Below, in pieces: positions 1 through 12,765 of a DNA stretch of 64,000 nucleotides (position 1 is its first letter; every line of letters starts with the position of its first letter). Source of the DNA: Blastocystis sp. Blastoise. Its lineage: Eukaryota > Protista > Bigyra: Opalinata. The stretch spans positions 806,001-870,000 of the forward strand of contig JBBPEB010000030.1 of assembly GCA_039096225.1 (NCBI GenBank). Reading direction: 5' to 3'. A program made the translations under genes and the position numbers. Below the pieces are notes generated by a model that saw only the letters and a list, made by a program, of their open reading frames with translations, was not told where the DNA came from and made no database searches.

Positions 1-92
1 CTTCTTCTTATTTATATGAGTCTTTTATATCCTATATAATATATATTATTTATTTTAAGAATATAATTTGATTATATATATATAAATAATAG

Positions 93-851
93 GCAATACA
101 ATAGAAGGAGAACAAGGAGGCGATATGCTTTTACAACATGCCTTAAAGGTATATATATTATTATATATATATTATTATTATGTATAAATCTTATATGTAA
201 ATTTAATATATATATTTATATTATCAATAATATTATCAATAAATATTATCAATAAATAAATCAATAAATATTATATATATATGTATCCAATATATAATTG
301 ATATTCTTATATAGATTCAAGATAAGACCCGTGATGCTATTAATCAAACCCTATTAACGTTAAATGAAACCAAGCAGGTCGCTTCAAACACAACTACTGC
401 TCTGAATCAACAAACGGAACAAATTGACCATATGAATGTAAATGTGAAAAGTATTGATCAAGAACTGAATAGATCCGATAGAGTATATTATATATATATA
501 TATCATTAATATACTTTTACTCTATATTATTCATTATATATATATATAGCTAATTAAAGACTTTGCTGTAAGAATGATGACAGATAAATTGATTATGGTG
601 TTTATTACTATTATTGTTATTGGCATTATTGCTGCTATTATATTATATCTTGTATTCAAACAAGATGAAACACGTATATATATATATATTCTTTTTTTTA
701 AATATTCTTCTGATTATTATTTTAAATATACAAGTTAATTAATAAAAAAATATATAAATATAATATATATATAGCAACTGCTGCTCCTGCACCTCCTACA
801 GCATATTTTAGACAAGTTTTTGATTCAGTGAAGCAATTATCAAGTCAATAA
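93..851 (+). CDS. NPSN-like Qb-SNARE, 3' part (4 exons visible; 5' end outside window)
   Basis: Spliced exons read GNTIEGEQGGDMLLQHALK / IQDKTRDAINQTLLTLNETKQVASNTTTALNQQTEQIDHMNVNVKSIDQELNRSDR / LIKDFAVRMMTDKLIMVFITIIVIGIIAAIIYYLVF...SSQ*. This is a Q-SNARE coiled coil, the TDK motif typical of NPSN and a C-terminal TM helix. Introns are GT-AG; TAA at 849-851. Confidence 0.8.
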
Positions 852-1431
852 TTTTTTTTTAACATTATTCTCCTTGATATCACTCACTATTAGCCATGTT
901 TATTAAATAATTTTAAATCTAAAAAATATCATGTATATTATCTCATATCTGTGCTTTTTAATATCTATACATATCACTTTTTCTACTCTTCATTTATTTG
1001 TATTCTTCTCATTTTATTTTTTTTTACATTTTCTATCAGTATTGGTACTGAATCTTTATGACCTTTTCATTCATTTTTTTTGTTTGAAAATATTTAACTT
1101 GACTTTCTTTCTTTTGACGGTTTCATCTTTTTTAACATTTCACTTTCCTCTCAAGTAATCAATTAAAATAGTCAACAATCACTCTATATGCATTTTTCTA
1201 TTATATAGAATAGTTCTATTGACCTTAAAAGGTTTTTTTTTTCATTTTCTTTATGGAGAATACTGAATTTTGTTTTTTGTGTATTAACAGATTTTCAGAC
1301 TTTTTCAGTCACATTATTCCATTTAAATTGAATGTTTATTAATTTACTTTTCATAACAGTTCTATTTATATTTACATATCTTCTGTGATTCTACCAATAG
1401 TATCTCTTCATCTTTCTATGTACTCCTAATT

Positions 1432-3896
1432 ATGGAAGAAGATTACGAAGATCCTTTTTTAGACTCTGAAATTCGATGTATTCATTTTTATATTATCTAG
1501 TAGATATCAAGTTTAGATACTGTAAAACCTTCCATAACGGCACCCTTAAATGTATATCATTATCGTGATCCACAATATAAAATGATTGAAAGTACGGCTA
1601 TCCGAGATGAAAGGTGTTGTTTTAAACAGGACTCTGACGATGAAAAGTATTTTTTTTTAAGATTTATATTGTTACTAACATTTTAAAATTTCCTTTATTA
1701 TTAAAGATATAGTATTCCAACTCAAGGGTTTCGTAAAATAAAGCGAAAAAGAGGAAGTAACGATAGAGTTATTAGTAAAGGCAAGCCAAATTATGTAGTA
1801 AGTTTTTTTTTCATGTTTTGTTTTTATTATTATTATTTATAGAGTGCTTGTCCAAGTTATTCTACTCAATATACAAAAACAGATATTCAAGATATAGGAA
1901 TATATTATGAAGTAGATTCAGAAGATGAAGAATTTATTACACATTTAAAAAAGTATTTATATATATTATTTGTATTATTATTATTAGTGTTATATGTATG
2001 TACTTTTTAAAAGAAATTCTTGATAGTATCCTCTCAATTACATTATAATATATATATTATTATTATTATTATTTCTTTTCATTTATTTATATATATTATA
2101 TTTTTTCTAGTATGATTTATATATATAGTAAATACCCCGAGAGTCATATAGATATATATTCATTTGAACGGTGCATAGAAGATATTGAGGAGGAGTATTA
2201 TTATTATTTAAAAGAACATTCGCTATTACAAACAACACAAGTATATTCTATAAAGATTATCATTCTAAATATCATATATATATTATATATATAATATAGA
2301 CTATATATAAGCTATCTTACAATTCTGTTGAATTGATATTCGAATATTCATAATGATGACCATTTTTACTTATTCTCCTATTTATAGATGATAAAGAATG
2401 ATACTGAAAGTTGCTTAGACTCTCTGAAATCTATTCTTTCCTCTATATCGCCGTCACTTCCTTCGCCACAATCTTCTCTATTTACTGCTATAGATTCGCT
2501 TCATCATATATCGCTATATAAACAATCAAATAGTGAATCAACCATGTATATGCTATTCTATGATTATTAATTATATATATATAGAAAAGAATCTTCTAAT
2601 ATTTCAAAGAATGAAGTATATTTTATTTGTTCTATATTGATTCTATGCCTATCTATTCATATATTAGAGTACCATCAATCTATCAAATAATGATGTAATT
2701 CCCGCGAATATAACGTCGTATTATGTATCAAATAACTCTCCCTCATCAGATAAACAGAATAAACCTACAACCTTTATACCAAATACATCTGATTCACCTG
2801 GGAATTCTGCACTATATCCTGTTATTCCTTATTCTATGTTTAAACATATTCTTCTTGTAAAACATATATGGAAATTATATACAGGAAAGAAATATATATT
2901 TTCAGATATGTTTATTAAAGACTTGTATGTTTCTCCTCATTATTATTGTTCATAATAAAGATGATATATTTATATGTTTACATAATATTTTTGTTCATAC
3001 TTTTAATGTCACTAATTCTATTGAGTATATAAATTCATTATATATATATATATATATAGTTATACATATTGGCTACGTCGAGCCTCTACTCTCTCCTCCT
3101 TATCTATATATACACCACCACCTCCTGATACTTCTCGTCCCTATATACAGTATATAGATCCCTACTGCCCGCCTCCATCCATGCTTCCCGCCATTCATCT
3201 CGCACCCATACTTGGGGGAGGGAGAAGACCAACACAAACGAGTATATATTATTATTATTGTGTTTATTATAATGTTTATTATAATGTTTATTATAATGTT
3301 TATTATAATGTTTATTATAATGTTTATTATTCTGTTTATTATTCATTTTTTTCATCATTTTTTAAAAATTTTCTATATATATATTATTACACATATATAG
3401 TGGAAGATAATACAATTTATTCATTAGAAACGCAATTACGAATTATAATAGAAACACATTCTCGTGTGGATTATATATATGAATTAACAGAAATGATTCG
3501 TCGACGTGAACAGCATAAATGGACTCTTTTCAACATCTTTCAGGCTGCTCTAAAAATATATTCAGAGAACCCAACAGAAGTATATTATATACTAAATAAT
3601 ATTATGCTAATGATAATAATATGATGATCCTCTGTTTATATAGTCATTTCCTTCTTGTCTTCTTCCTCCACAATATCTCCCCTCATTATCTATATATAAA
3701 GGCGATAAATACACAAGTATATATATATATATATATATATCTTTTCATATTGTTTAATTGATTTTATTTATTTGAATATATATATATATATATAGCTCTG
3801 CTTACTCCAGTTGGCGACACGTCGTTTATTCAGAAAGTCATGGAACAATATCAGTCTTTATATAAACGCAAAAAACGAAAAATGAAGTCATTATGA
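1432..3896 (+). CDS. Divergent Enhancer-of-polycomb-like (EPL1-domain) protein, multi-exon
   Basis: Exons encode YYEVDSEDEEFI, IDIYSFERCIEDIE, YTYWLRR and IYELTEMIRRREQHK, matching the EPL1/EPC/BRPF motifs YDxDxEDxxWL, FExxxDxLE, YxYWxxKR and LxEMxRRREKxK. Ends KRKKRKMKSL*. The start codon and the junction near 2330-2388 are uncertain. Confidence 0.6.
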
Positions 3897-4655
3897 TCAA
3901 TAAGAATATATGTTTCTATAATACATATTGTTTTATATTAGTTAATATTAGTGTTTGCTTTTATAGGGTTATGTAGGCTTTTATATATATTTCAATACTA
4001 TTATATATGATTCTATAAGCTAAAAATACATATTTTTATCATCTTTTTCATTCCATATTAATCATAATTCATTTTTATGTATATATTTTTTTAAATTATT
4101 TATATATTTTTATATATTTTAAACAAATACATTCATATTTGACTTTGTGATTTTTCGTGATTATTCTGATGGAATTCTGTTTCCAAAGAATTAGAAGAAT
4201 ACTCTCTCTTATGGTGTATTATCTATGTATTACTATGTATCTATATCTTGTCATTCCTTGTTTATTTGTTTTTTTTTTGTTGTATTAATTCTATTTCTTT
4301 TATTTATTTATTTTTAATTGGGTTGTTTTATGTTATTTCTATGTTTTTTGTTATAAATTGTATACTAATACTCTTTTTGTATCACATCAGTATTTTTGTT
4401 ACTGCTTTTTCGACAAATACATAGACTCTCTTCTGTGTTAATACTTGATATGTTTTTTCCTCTTTTTGAAAAATAACTACTCGTAGAAATAACAAAAAAT
4501 GATAATGGATAAAGATAATTGAAAATGAATATACATATTTGAAACTGAGAATAAAACAAACTAGAAAAAGGAATGACATAATAATATAGATACCAAAAGA
4601 AGATCATATGAAAAAAGAAATGTTCATTGAATATATTGTTATTCAATATAAATGA

Positions 4656-5643
4656 TTATAATTGCATAGGTACATATGTAGTATTAATATTCTTAAATAC
4701 ATTTATATAGAAAAGATCTCCTTCAACAGATTCATCATGACATAAATCACCACTACATTCTGCCTTCTATATAATAATAAATAGAATAATAAATAAAATA
4801 ATAAATAGAGTGATAATAATAATAATAAATAGAATAATAAATAAAATAATAAATAGAATAATAAATATATACAGCAATAAATTCTTGAAGAATTGTGGAA
4901 GGTACATGGAGTTCGGAAGCAATTGTGTTCAATGACGCACCTTCTGACAATTGCGATAAATAACTAATGATTCGAGACACAAGTTTAGATTCATTGAAGT
5001 CTTGTAAAATCGATAAAGGATATATAATAATAAACATAATCAATATTATAAAAAGAATAAATATATTAAATATAATAACAAACATAAACATAATCATAAA
5101 AGTATTATATAAAAGATATCAGAAATAATAGCGGTAAATTGAGCTTTTTTGAATTCATAATATTGAAGATGATGTTGTTGGAAGTTTAGCACGTGACATG
5201 AAGACATAAAATCATCTATATATAGAGAAGAGTTTATAATAATACTACTATAATCAATGTCATGATATATAAAAATAAATCCTTTCTATATATAACTATT
5301 ACTGCATAAATAAATATATATATTATAATATATAATATTAAATTATAATATATAATAATATATACCTGGAGACATTGTATCAATCATTTTCGCTTTACAA
5401 AAATAACTATAAGCATCTAAAACAGGAATAATACCTCCACATTTCTCTAATAATCGCGGGAATAGTGAAGCAATAAGTTGAGCATTTTCTTCATAGTTTT
5501 TAGGGTTAAATCGAGCTCTATCAGCCGGATTCAGCAAACCTAAGTCTGAAATCAAGCTACTATTTTCTGTTTGCTTCTCATAAATAGTTGTAGCATATAT
5601 ACGAAGAGATCGTTTAAACATAGGTAATTGCTCTTTCTAAAGA

Positions 5644-5676
<33 letters not shown>

Positions 5677-6583
5677 AAATATATATATATATATATATAT
5701 ATATTCTGAAAAAAAAAACTAACAATTAATAATTTATAAATAAATTAAAAAAAAATAAATAATAATAATATAAATAAAAAAAAAAATGAAATAAATAACA
5801 TACAATACTAGCTAGGTATTTTTTCAAAGCAACTTGATTTGTGGCACTTGTGACTATATTTTCTCCGATGCTAATTAATTCATTTGTTTTATGAACCATA
5901 CTATTGACGGTTAGTTGTTTGAGAGGGTTTTTCTCGGCAGATGGGTCATCGTTAGGAGGATGAAGATAAGTATTAGAATCATTAAGGAACTGAGAGAACA
6001 TAGTTAAGAAACCATCATATGTATTCTTCTCAATAAACTTAATATGTAATACTTGCTTATCATTAGTAATATCACTAATATAAATATGATAACGAATAGT
6101 TAATCCTAAAAATCCTTTCTTTTCTACTTCTTCCTTATGAATCATAGTCTGACTAAAACGGAAGAATTGACCACCTATATAATTTTCTTGAAAGAACATA
6201 ACTCTATAATTACTACATGTCGCATAACCATATAATTTGGCTCCTTCTTTAGTGATACACTCACATGAAAATAAATCCATAATAGTTTCATTACTGTATA
6301 TTTTCTTTATTTTACGTTCAATCACTTCATCTTCATTAACAGGTTGAGTATTATTTAAAGGTTCATATTCTAATGTTTCTGCTATAATAGGTTTAGGAAC
6401 CGTAGGAGCAGGCAGAGTAGACGAAGAAGTAGAAGTAGAAGCAATAGGAGTAGCATAAGGAGTAGTTATAGAAGAAGAGGGATTACTGTGAGATTCTAAT
6501 TGGGTATAAATAGATCGATTTGGATTGGATGAAGTAGGAATCACAGAGGGATCTAGATAAAATGAATAAAATATATAAGTAAA

Positions 6584-6621
<38 letters not shown>

Positions 6622-7474
6622 TAATAAATAACTAAAAAAGTATATTATACTTTGTGGATAGTTATAGTTTTGTTGATTAGAATAAGGAGGTAAAGAGGGA
6701 GTTCGTTGAGGAGCAGAGATAGGAGTAGCAAGAGGAGTAACAGAGGGTGTGCCACTACTATTAATAGAACTATTTAATGTATTTTGTGTTGCATATCCAT
6801 AAATATCTCTATTTGCAAGAGGAGCAAGAGAAGGAATATTATTTGCTGATTTAGAGAGAGAGATTCCTGATGGATTCAAAGGGTAAGAATTTCGTATTTC
6901 ATTTTGATAAGGATTTGAAGATGAAATAGGAACACCTGTAACTGTATTGTGAAGAACATTTGTGGCAGGAGCTGAAGGAAGAACAGAAGGAATGACAGGC
7001 ATAGTTGCAACAGGTGGATATGAGGGATTCATGGGAATTGCAACCTGAGGTTGTTGAAACTGATTATTTGGAATGGAAGGTGCAGATGGCTGACCTCTAT
7101 AATCTTGATAAGCTTGCTGCTGAGGATATTGAACATGAGATGGAACTCTGTTATTTTGTGGTTGCTGATAATTTACATAATTTGAGTTTGGAACTGGTAT
7201 AGCTTGACGAGGATAATTCTGAGACGCATATTGGTTTTCTAAATAATGAGAATATAGCAAATACAATTGAAAAAAGGTATACGTTGATTATTGAATCCTT
7301 GCTGATAGTTTGGATAAGCCTAGTTGAAATTTTAATAGTAACGAATAGACAAACAATGAAAATACTTGTTGATTTTGTTGATACTAGAAACATTACGAAA
7401 ATAATTATTAAAAAGAAACATACGTATTGGTTATATCCTGATCCTTGATATTGATTCTGATATTGGTTATACAT
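4656..7474 (-). CDS. VPS36: ESCRT-II subunit Vps36/EAP45 with long Pro/Gln/Tyr-rich N-terminal extension
   Basis: GLUE/GRAM-like YGYATCSNYRVMF; EAP30/Vps36 motifs GGIIPVLDAYSYFCKAKMIDTMSPDDF and C-terminal GDLCHDESVEGDLFYIN; stop at 4656-4658. Contains an AT-AC intron at 5004-5119. Confidence 0.85.
5004..5119 (-). other. AT-AC (U12-type) intron in VPS36
   Basis: Donor ATATCTTT, branch-like TCCTTTAT (5013-5020), acceptor TTTTAC. The phase-1 join gives AIIS-E-DFNESKL. No GT donor lies between the exon end and the in-frame TGA. Confidence 0.8.
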
Positions 7475-8260
7475 TTTCTTGATAATAGGAAGAGTATTTA
7501 TCGAAAAATAAAGAAAAAATATCTAGGAAGTCAGCAAGAAAACTGTTTCTATATATTTCATGATTATTTTGATTTCATAAGTCTAGTTTCTATGATATTT
7601 GCGATTATTTCCTTTTTGTTATTTCTTAATGAATACTTCATTTCAACAAGAATTACGTCTCTTTCTCAGTATAATACATATATTCTATATTTGTGTTAAT
7701 TGATAGTTTATAATTCATGACCGTCTGTACTTCAAATAGTTTTTATTTGATCCAATCACAGGTTTCTTTAAAATTTCAAAATGAAATACTCAATTAGATT
7801 ATTCAAATATCCTCAAAACATTATTTTTTAAATGAGAAATAGAGAAGAATGTAGATTTGTGACAGTATACTATTATTATTTTGATGCATTTATTGACCAG
7901 TATGTTTTGCTAAAATGGTATATTATATATTTATGTATCGTTTGTCAATAATAGCGTTATCAAAGTAACACATTGTAGCATTGAATTGCGTTAAAAAAGA
8001 TTTTTATCATAAAAATTGATAATAATGTTGAATCTAAATAAACTAAATAAATAATAGAAACAAAAAAAAAGAAGAAACTCAAGAATATGTATAAAAGTGA
8101 TTCTCAAAAAGAAACAACGAAGTTTAAACTATGATAGAGATATCCCCGTGAATATCTTTGAAATTCCGGGGAGAAATACGAGCTAATAAAAAAATGGGTT
8201 CTTTTCTCCTTGGATAAAAAGTTGAAAGAAAGAATCATATTTTGTTGTGCAGACAACTCA

Positions 8261-9275
8261 ATGGATGATAATTTGTCTCATTTAGATACGAACAACTATG
8301 AGGTTGGAGATGGAAATGATTGTTTTGAAGATTCAAAACCCATTAGTCCAATGTCAGAACAGTCTCCTGATATAGCGTTTGAAGCCTTAAGTAGAGCTGG
8401 ATCAAAGAAAGATGAACATCTTCTTTACTGTCGATTAGACCAGCCAATTGTTGGAGTTTTGTTGAAACCTCGTGTGACCATTCCAAAGAAAGGAAATGAT
8501 GATCAAGCTATAGATATAGAGAGTTTGAAGTACTCTTGGTATAGATTCTCAAAACATACGGTTTGTTGTTCATACCGTTGTATTAATGAAAAAAACGACG
8601 AAAAAAAGGAGCCAGCTCCTTTAACGATGCAATGTATAGATTGTTTGAAGTATGGTAATGTCGAGAATTCATATTTCTGCAGTACGTTATGTATGTGTAA
8701 AAATTGGAAATTGCATCAAAAGTATTTATTATATAATTTATGTTATTCATTTTGATTTGATTTTGTATAGAACGCATCATTTAGCTCCAAACTCTGTTTT
8801 AAATAAAGAATATACATCAAATGGAACTATTGATGAAACAATTATGAAAGTTTCAAAGAATTTACATTATGATAAACAAGTAGCTGTTTGGGAACATATA
8901 TCTGATGATCCGTATTTTTATATTTTCTATATAATTTTTTTGAATTCTTATAAGAATATCTATATATTTTTTAATTTTCAACTATATAATATTTTATTTA
9001 TGTTTATGAATATATTCTTTTAGAAGCTATACTCCTGTATCAACGGATATTGGTCACATGCTCAAATTTGAGATTATGGTTCCTAGGAAAGGATCTACAC
9101 TTACTTATACATATGTTTCAGCTCCTATTGTTTCTTGTATATATATATTATTTATATGTTATGTATAAGATATATTGTTTTTATTATATATGTATCATTT
9201 TATGTTATTATTCTATATATTCACTTATATTATATATATATATATATATATTTATTCTAGTAGTATTTTATATTA

Positions 9276-9310
<35 letters not shown>

Positions 9311-9591
9311 CCTCCTTATCATGCTCCTCGTGTATTTTATAATATTCCTCAACCTAGAGTGTTTAATCCTATTACTTTATGTTCTTATAACATGCTAGCA
9401 GATATATATACATCTACTTCTCAATACCCTTATTGTCCACGATGGGCACTCATGTGGGACTATAGACGCGAACGACTCAGGAAAGAAATAGAATCCATTC
9501 ATACGGATATATTCTGCTTACAGGAAGTTCAAAAAGAAAGCTTTGATAATTTCTGGTTGAGTGAAATGAATCAACTCAATTATGATGGAAA

Positions 9592-9657
<66 letters not shown>

Positions 9658-9936
9658 TTATATATATATATATATATAATAGGTTTGCTCAAAAGTCACG
9701 TGCTGATGTTCAGGGGAGAATCGATGGGTGCGTCACTTTTTTTAATCGGGATAAATTTCAATGTGTTGGTGAATATAGTTTTTCATTTGATGAAGAAGTC
9801 GAACGATTTACTTCACTCACATCTGTATATATAATATATATATATATATATATAATATTTCTTTTTTTTTTAGTTATTCTATTTCATTCTTATACAATTA
9901 TATATTTTTATTTTTATCTCTTGTTTCTATCTATCC

Positions 9937-10004
<68 letters not shown>

Positions 10005-10937
10005 AGCAAAAGAGTAGAATGATACGTGGTAATATTGCTCAAGTATTACTATTAGATGTTCTCGATAATCAAAAAGTACCCTTTACTCGTATATGTATAT
10101 GTAATACTCATATATTTTGGAATCCTAAGTACATGGATGTGAAGTTATGGCAGGTACATCGTCTTATGAAGTATATCGATTCCCTTTGGACCAAGCATGT
10201 TGACCCCGTTATATTCTGTGGAGATTTCAATAGTGAACCGAGATCGGCAGTGTATATATATTCAATTATATTTATATATATTTACATGCTTTTCAAACAC
10301 TCTTCTTACTTTTTTTATTCATGATTTTTAAAAAATTGATATTTGTATAATAATAATAAATTGAATAATAATAATAATAAATTGAATAATAATACATAAT
10401 AATAATAATCATAATAATAATAATCATAATAATAATAATAATAATAATATATATATGTTATCCTCTCTAGATATGATTATATCTCGGAGGGATATGTGAC
10501 GTCGAATACAAAGGACGTGTCATACGACCCATTTCATATTCTTCCTCCTCTTCAAGACCTTCAACATGATATTAAATTCCAATCAGCTTATAAGACTATA
10601 CAAGGAAAAGAACCAGATTTCACTAATTATACAAGTATATATAATTATAGTACTATTCTTATTATACTCTGGATTCTTATATATACTTGTATACTTCATT
10701 ATAATCAAATATACATATAATATATACATAATAATAAATATATACCTTATATATATAGAGCAATATAGTGGATGTTTAGATTATATATGGTTTACACCTC
10801 TGAATCTTAGAGTTCTTGACGTTTCCCCTCTTCCAACTGTGTCTCAGATTCGGGAACACAAAGACACATTCATTCCCAATACGCAGTATCCGTCAGATCA
10901 TCTACCACTTATTGTAAAATTCGACTTTAACTTATAA
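8261..10937 (+). CDS. CCR4: CCR4-type EEP deadenylase with plant-like N-terminal Cys/His zinc finger, no LRR seen
   Basis: EEP motifs SYNMLADIY, DIFCLQEV, NTHIFW, FCGDFNSEP, FTNYT, LDYIWF, PSDHLPL. N-terminal CIDC...FCSTLCMCKNWKLHQ finger and YTPVSTDIGHMLK as in plant CCR4a/b. Confidence 0.9.
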
Positions 10938-11715
10938 TATATATATGTTTATTTATACAGATACTAGTTATATATTTTTTAAGTATTATCTAGTCATCTC
11001 TTTTCTATTCATTTATATATATATATTTTGAAAATAGTTTTTATTGTAATAATTATGTATATATAAATATATATGTATATTTTACTATTATTTCTTCCTT
11101 TTACATATCATCTTTTGATATTCCTAATATCTACTCTATTCCACTATTCATTTTGGGGAAATGTCTTATTATCTATTTGTATATCGTGACTTATTTTAAT
11201 TTTTGTTTTTGCATTATTCTGTTTTTCTGCATATTTTCACATTTGTACATTTCTTTTATTTCTTCATCTATTTATAGTATATCAAGATCATATCTGTTTC
11301 ATTTTTATCTATCTTCTTATATATACTTCGTTCTAACTATTATTCTATAGTGTTTTTTTCTCTTTTTATTTACTTTTACCTTTTATCTTTTTTTTTTTTT
11401 GGTAAAAATTCTTCATTTTTCTTCTTTTTTTCAGAGATATGAATATATATCTGACATCTTTTTGTGATTCTTATTATATAGATTATTAACTATTTTATAA
11501 AGTGATTTACGTTTCTATTGTTTTCACAGTGATCATATCTTGTTTAGAAATTCATGTGTTTTGTTTTTTATTATTTTATTTTTATTATTTATACGTTGGA
11601 AGATTTTTATAACTGTAGAATTAATATCGAATCTATCAACACTTCTAATTTATTATACCTTATCATCAATGCTTATGTATATCTTTAAAAGAAACAAATA
11701 AAAATTTATAATTAA

Positions 11716-12645
11716 ATGGATAACAATTTCTTCGTTACTGTTGATGCAGGTGGAACCAAAACTCATGCAGAAGCATTTCTTTTTAATGAGATATCTATCA
11801 AGTCTATTATAAAAGGCCCTGGAAATCTTGCTGTCAATTACAATGATGCCATTCAAAATATTCATGATTCCATTTCTGAATTAGTCACTAGCATAGATAA
11901 TAAAATGAAACTCAAATTTATAGTTATTGGATGTGCTGGGATCAGTGTAGTTCCTAATGTAATTGATATTCAAGATCAATTCTCTTCATTTTTTCATTGT
12001 TCTGTACTCATAATATCTGATATATTATTAGCACTCTATTCTATGGTTGAAAACACTTCATCATCAGCCATTTTCTCAATTGCAGGTACTGGCAGTGTTG
12101 CTATGTCTATTAAAAATATGAAAACAACTACAATCGGTGGTTGGGGTCATCTTCTTGGTGATGAGGGATCATCTTATGATATCGTTATTCAATTCTTAAA
12201 GCATTTTATTTATTCATATGACAGTGGAAATGAATTATCAACTTTACAAAAAGCGTTCATGAAATATGTAAATATAAACACACCGAATGATTTGAAAAAA
12301 ATTGTTTACAATCATTCAAAAGGAGACATTGCTCAATACTGTAAATTTCTATCAAATCAAAGTTTACAAGGAAATGAAGAATCTATAAGTTATTTTATTG
12401 AGGCTGGCAAATGTATAGGATCATTAATATATCGTCTTTACATACGAGAAAATATGGATTCTTCTTGCTATTTAGGAGTTGGTGGATCTCTTATAGAAAA
12501 TAATAAATACATGAAATCTGAAGTTGAAAGGTTTCTATTAGAGCATGGAATTCAGCAACCTTTGAATCTAGTGAACGAACACATTACACTTGGTGGTCTC
12601 CATTTTGTTAAATGCAATCATCCTTATCTTCTAAACATATTGTAA
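11716..12645 (+). CDS. BadF/BadG/BcrA/BcrD-family GlcNAc/MurNAc kinase (MurK-like), intronless, bacterial-type
   Basis: Uninterrupted 309-aa ORF with VDAGGTKT, GPGN, IGCAG, IAGTGS, GGWGHLLGDEGSSYDI and GGSL motifs (ASKHA/BadF sugar kinase). Lies directly upstream of murQ. Confidence 0.9.
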   Translation: MDNNFFVTVDAGGTKTHAEAFLFNEISIKSIIKGPGNLAVNYNDAIQNIHDSISELVTSIDNKMKLKFIVIGCAGISVVPNVIDIQDQFSSFFHCSVLIISDILLALYSMVENTSSSAIFSIAGTGSVAMSIKNMKTTTIGGWGHLLGDEGSSYDIVIQFLKHFIYSYDSGNELSTLQKAFMKYVNINTPNDLKKIVYNHSKGDIAQYCKFLSNQSLQGNEESISYFIEAGKCIGSLIYRLYIRENMDSSCYLGVGGSLIENNKYMKSEVERFLLEHGIQQPLNLVNEHITLGGLHFVKCNHPYLLNIL

Positions 12646-12765
12646 TAATAGTATTATCATTTTATATGTTAAATAAATCAATTGTTTTGTTAACAACTTT
12701 TAACCCAAATCTTTTTGCTATTTTAAAAATTTTCTTATACTTTTTTAGTTTCCTACCTTAAGAAT

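Noticed and set aside
2300-2390. Possible fourth non-canonical intron in the EPL1-like gene
   Set aside because: No U12-like donor or branch box; a weak in-frame GTTGAA donor can explain the junction, which remains unresolved without RNA data.
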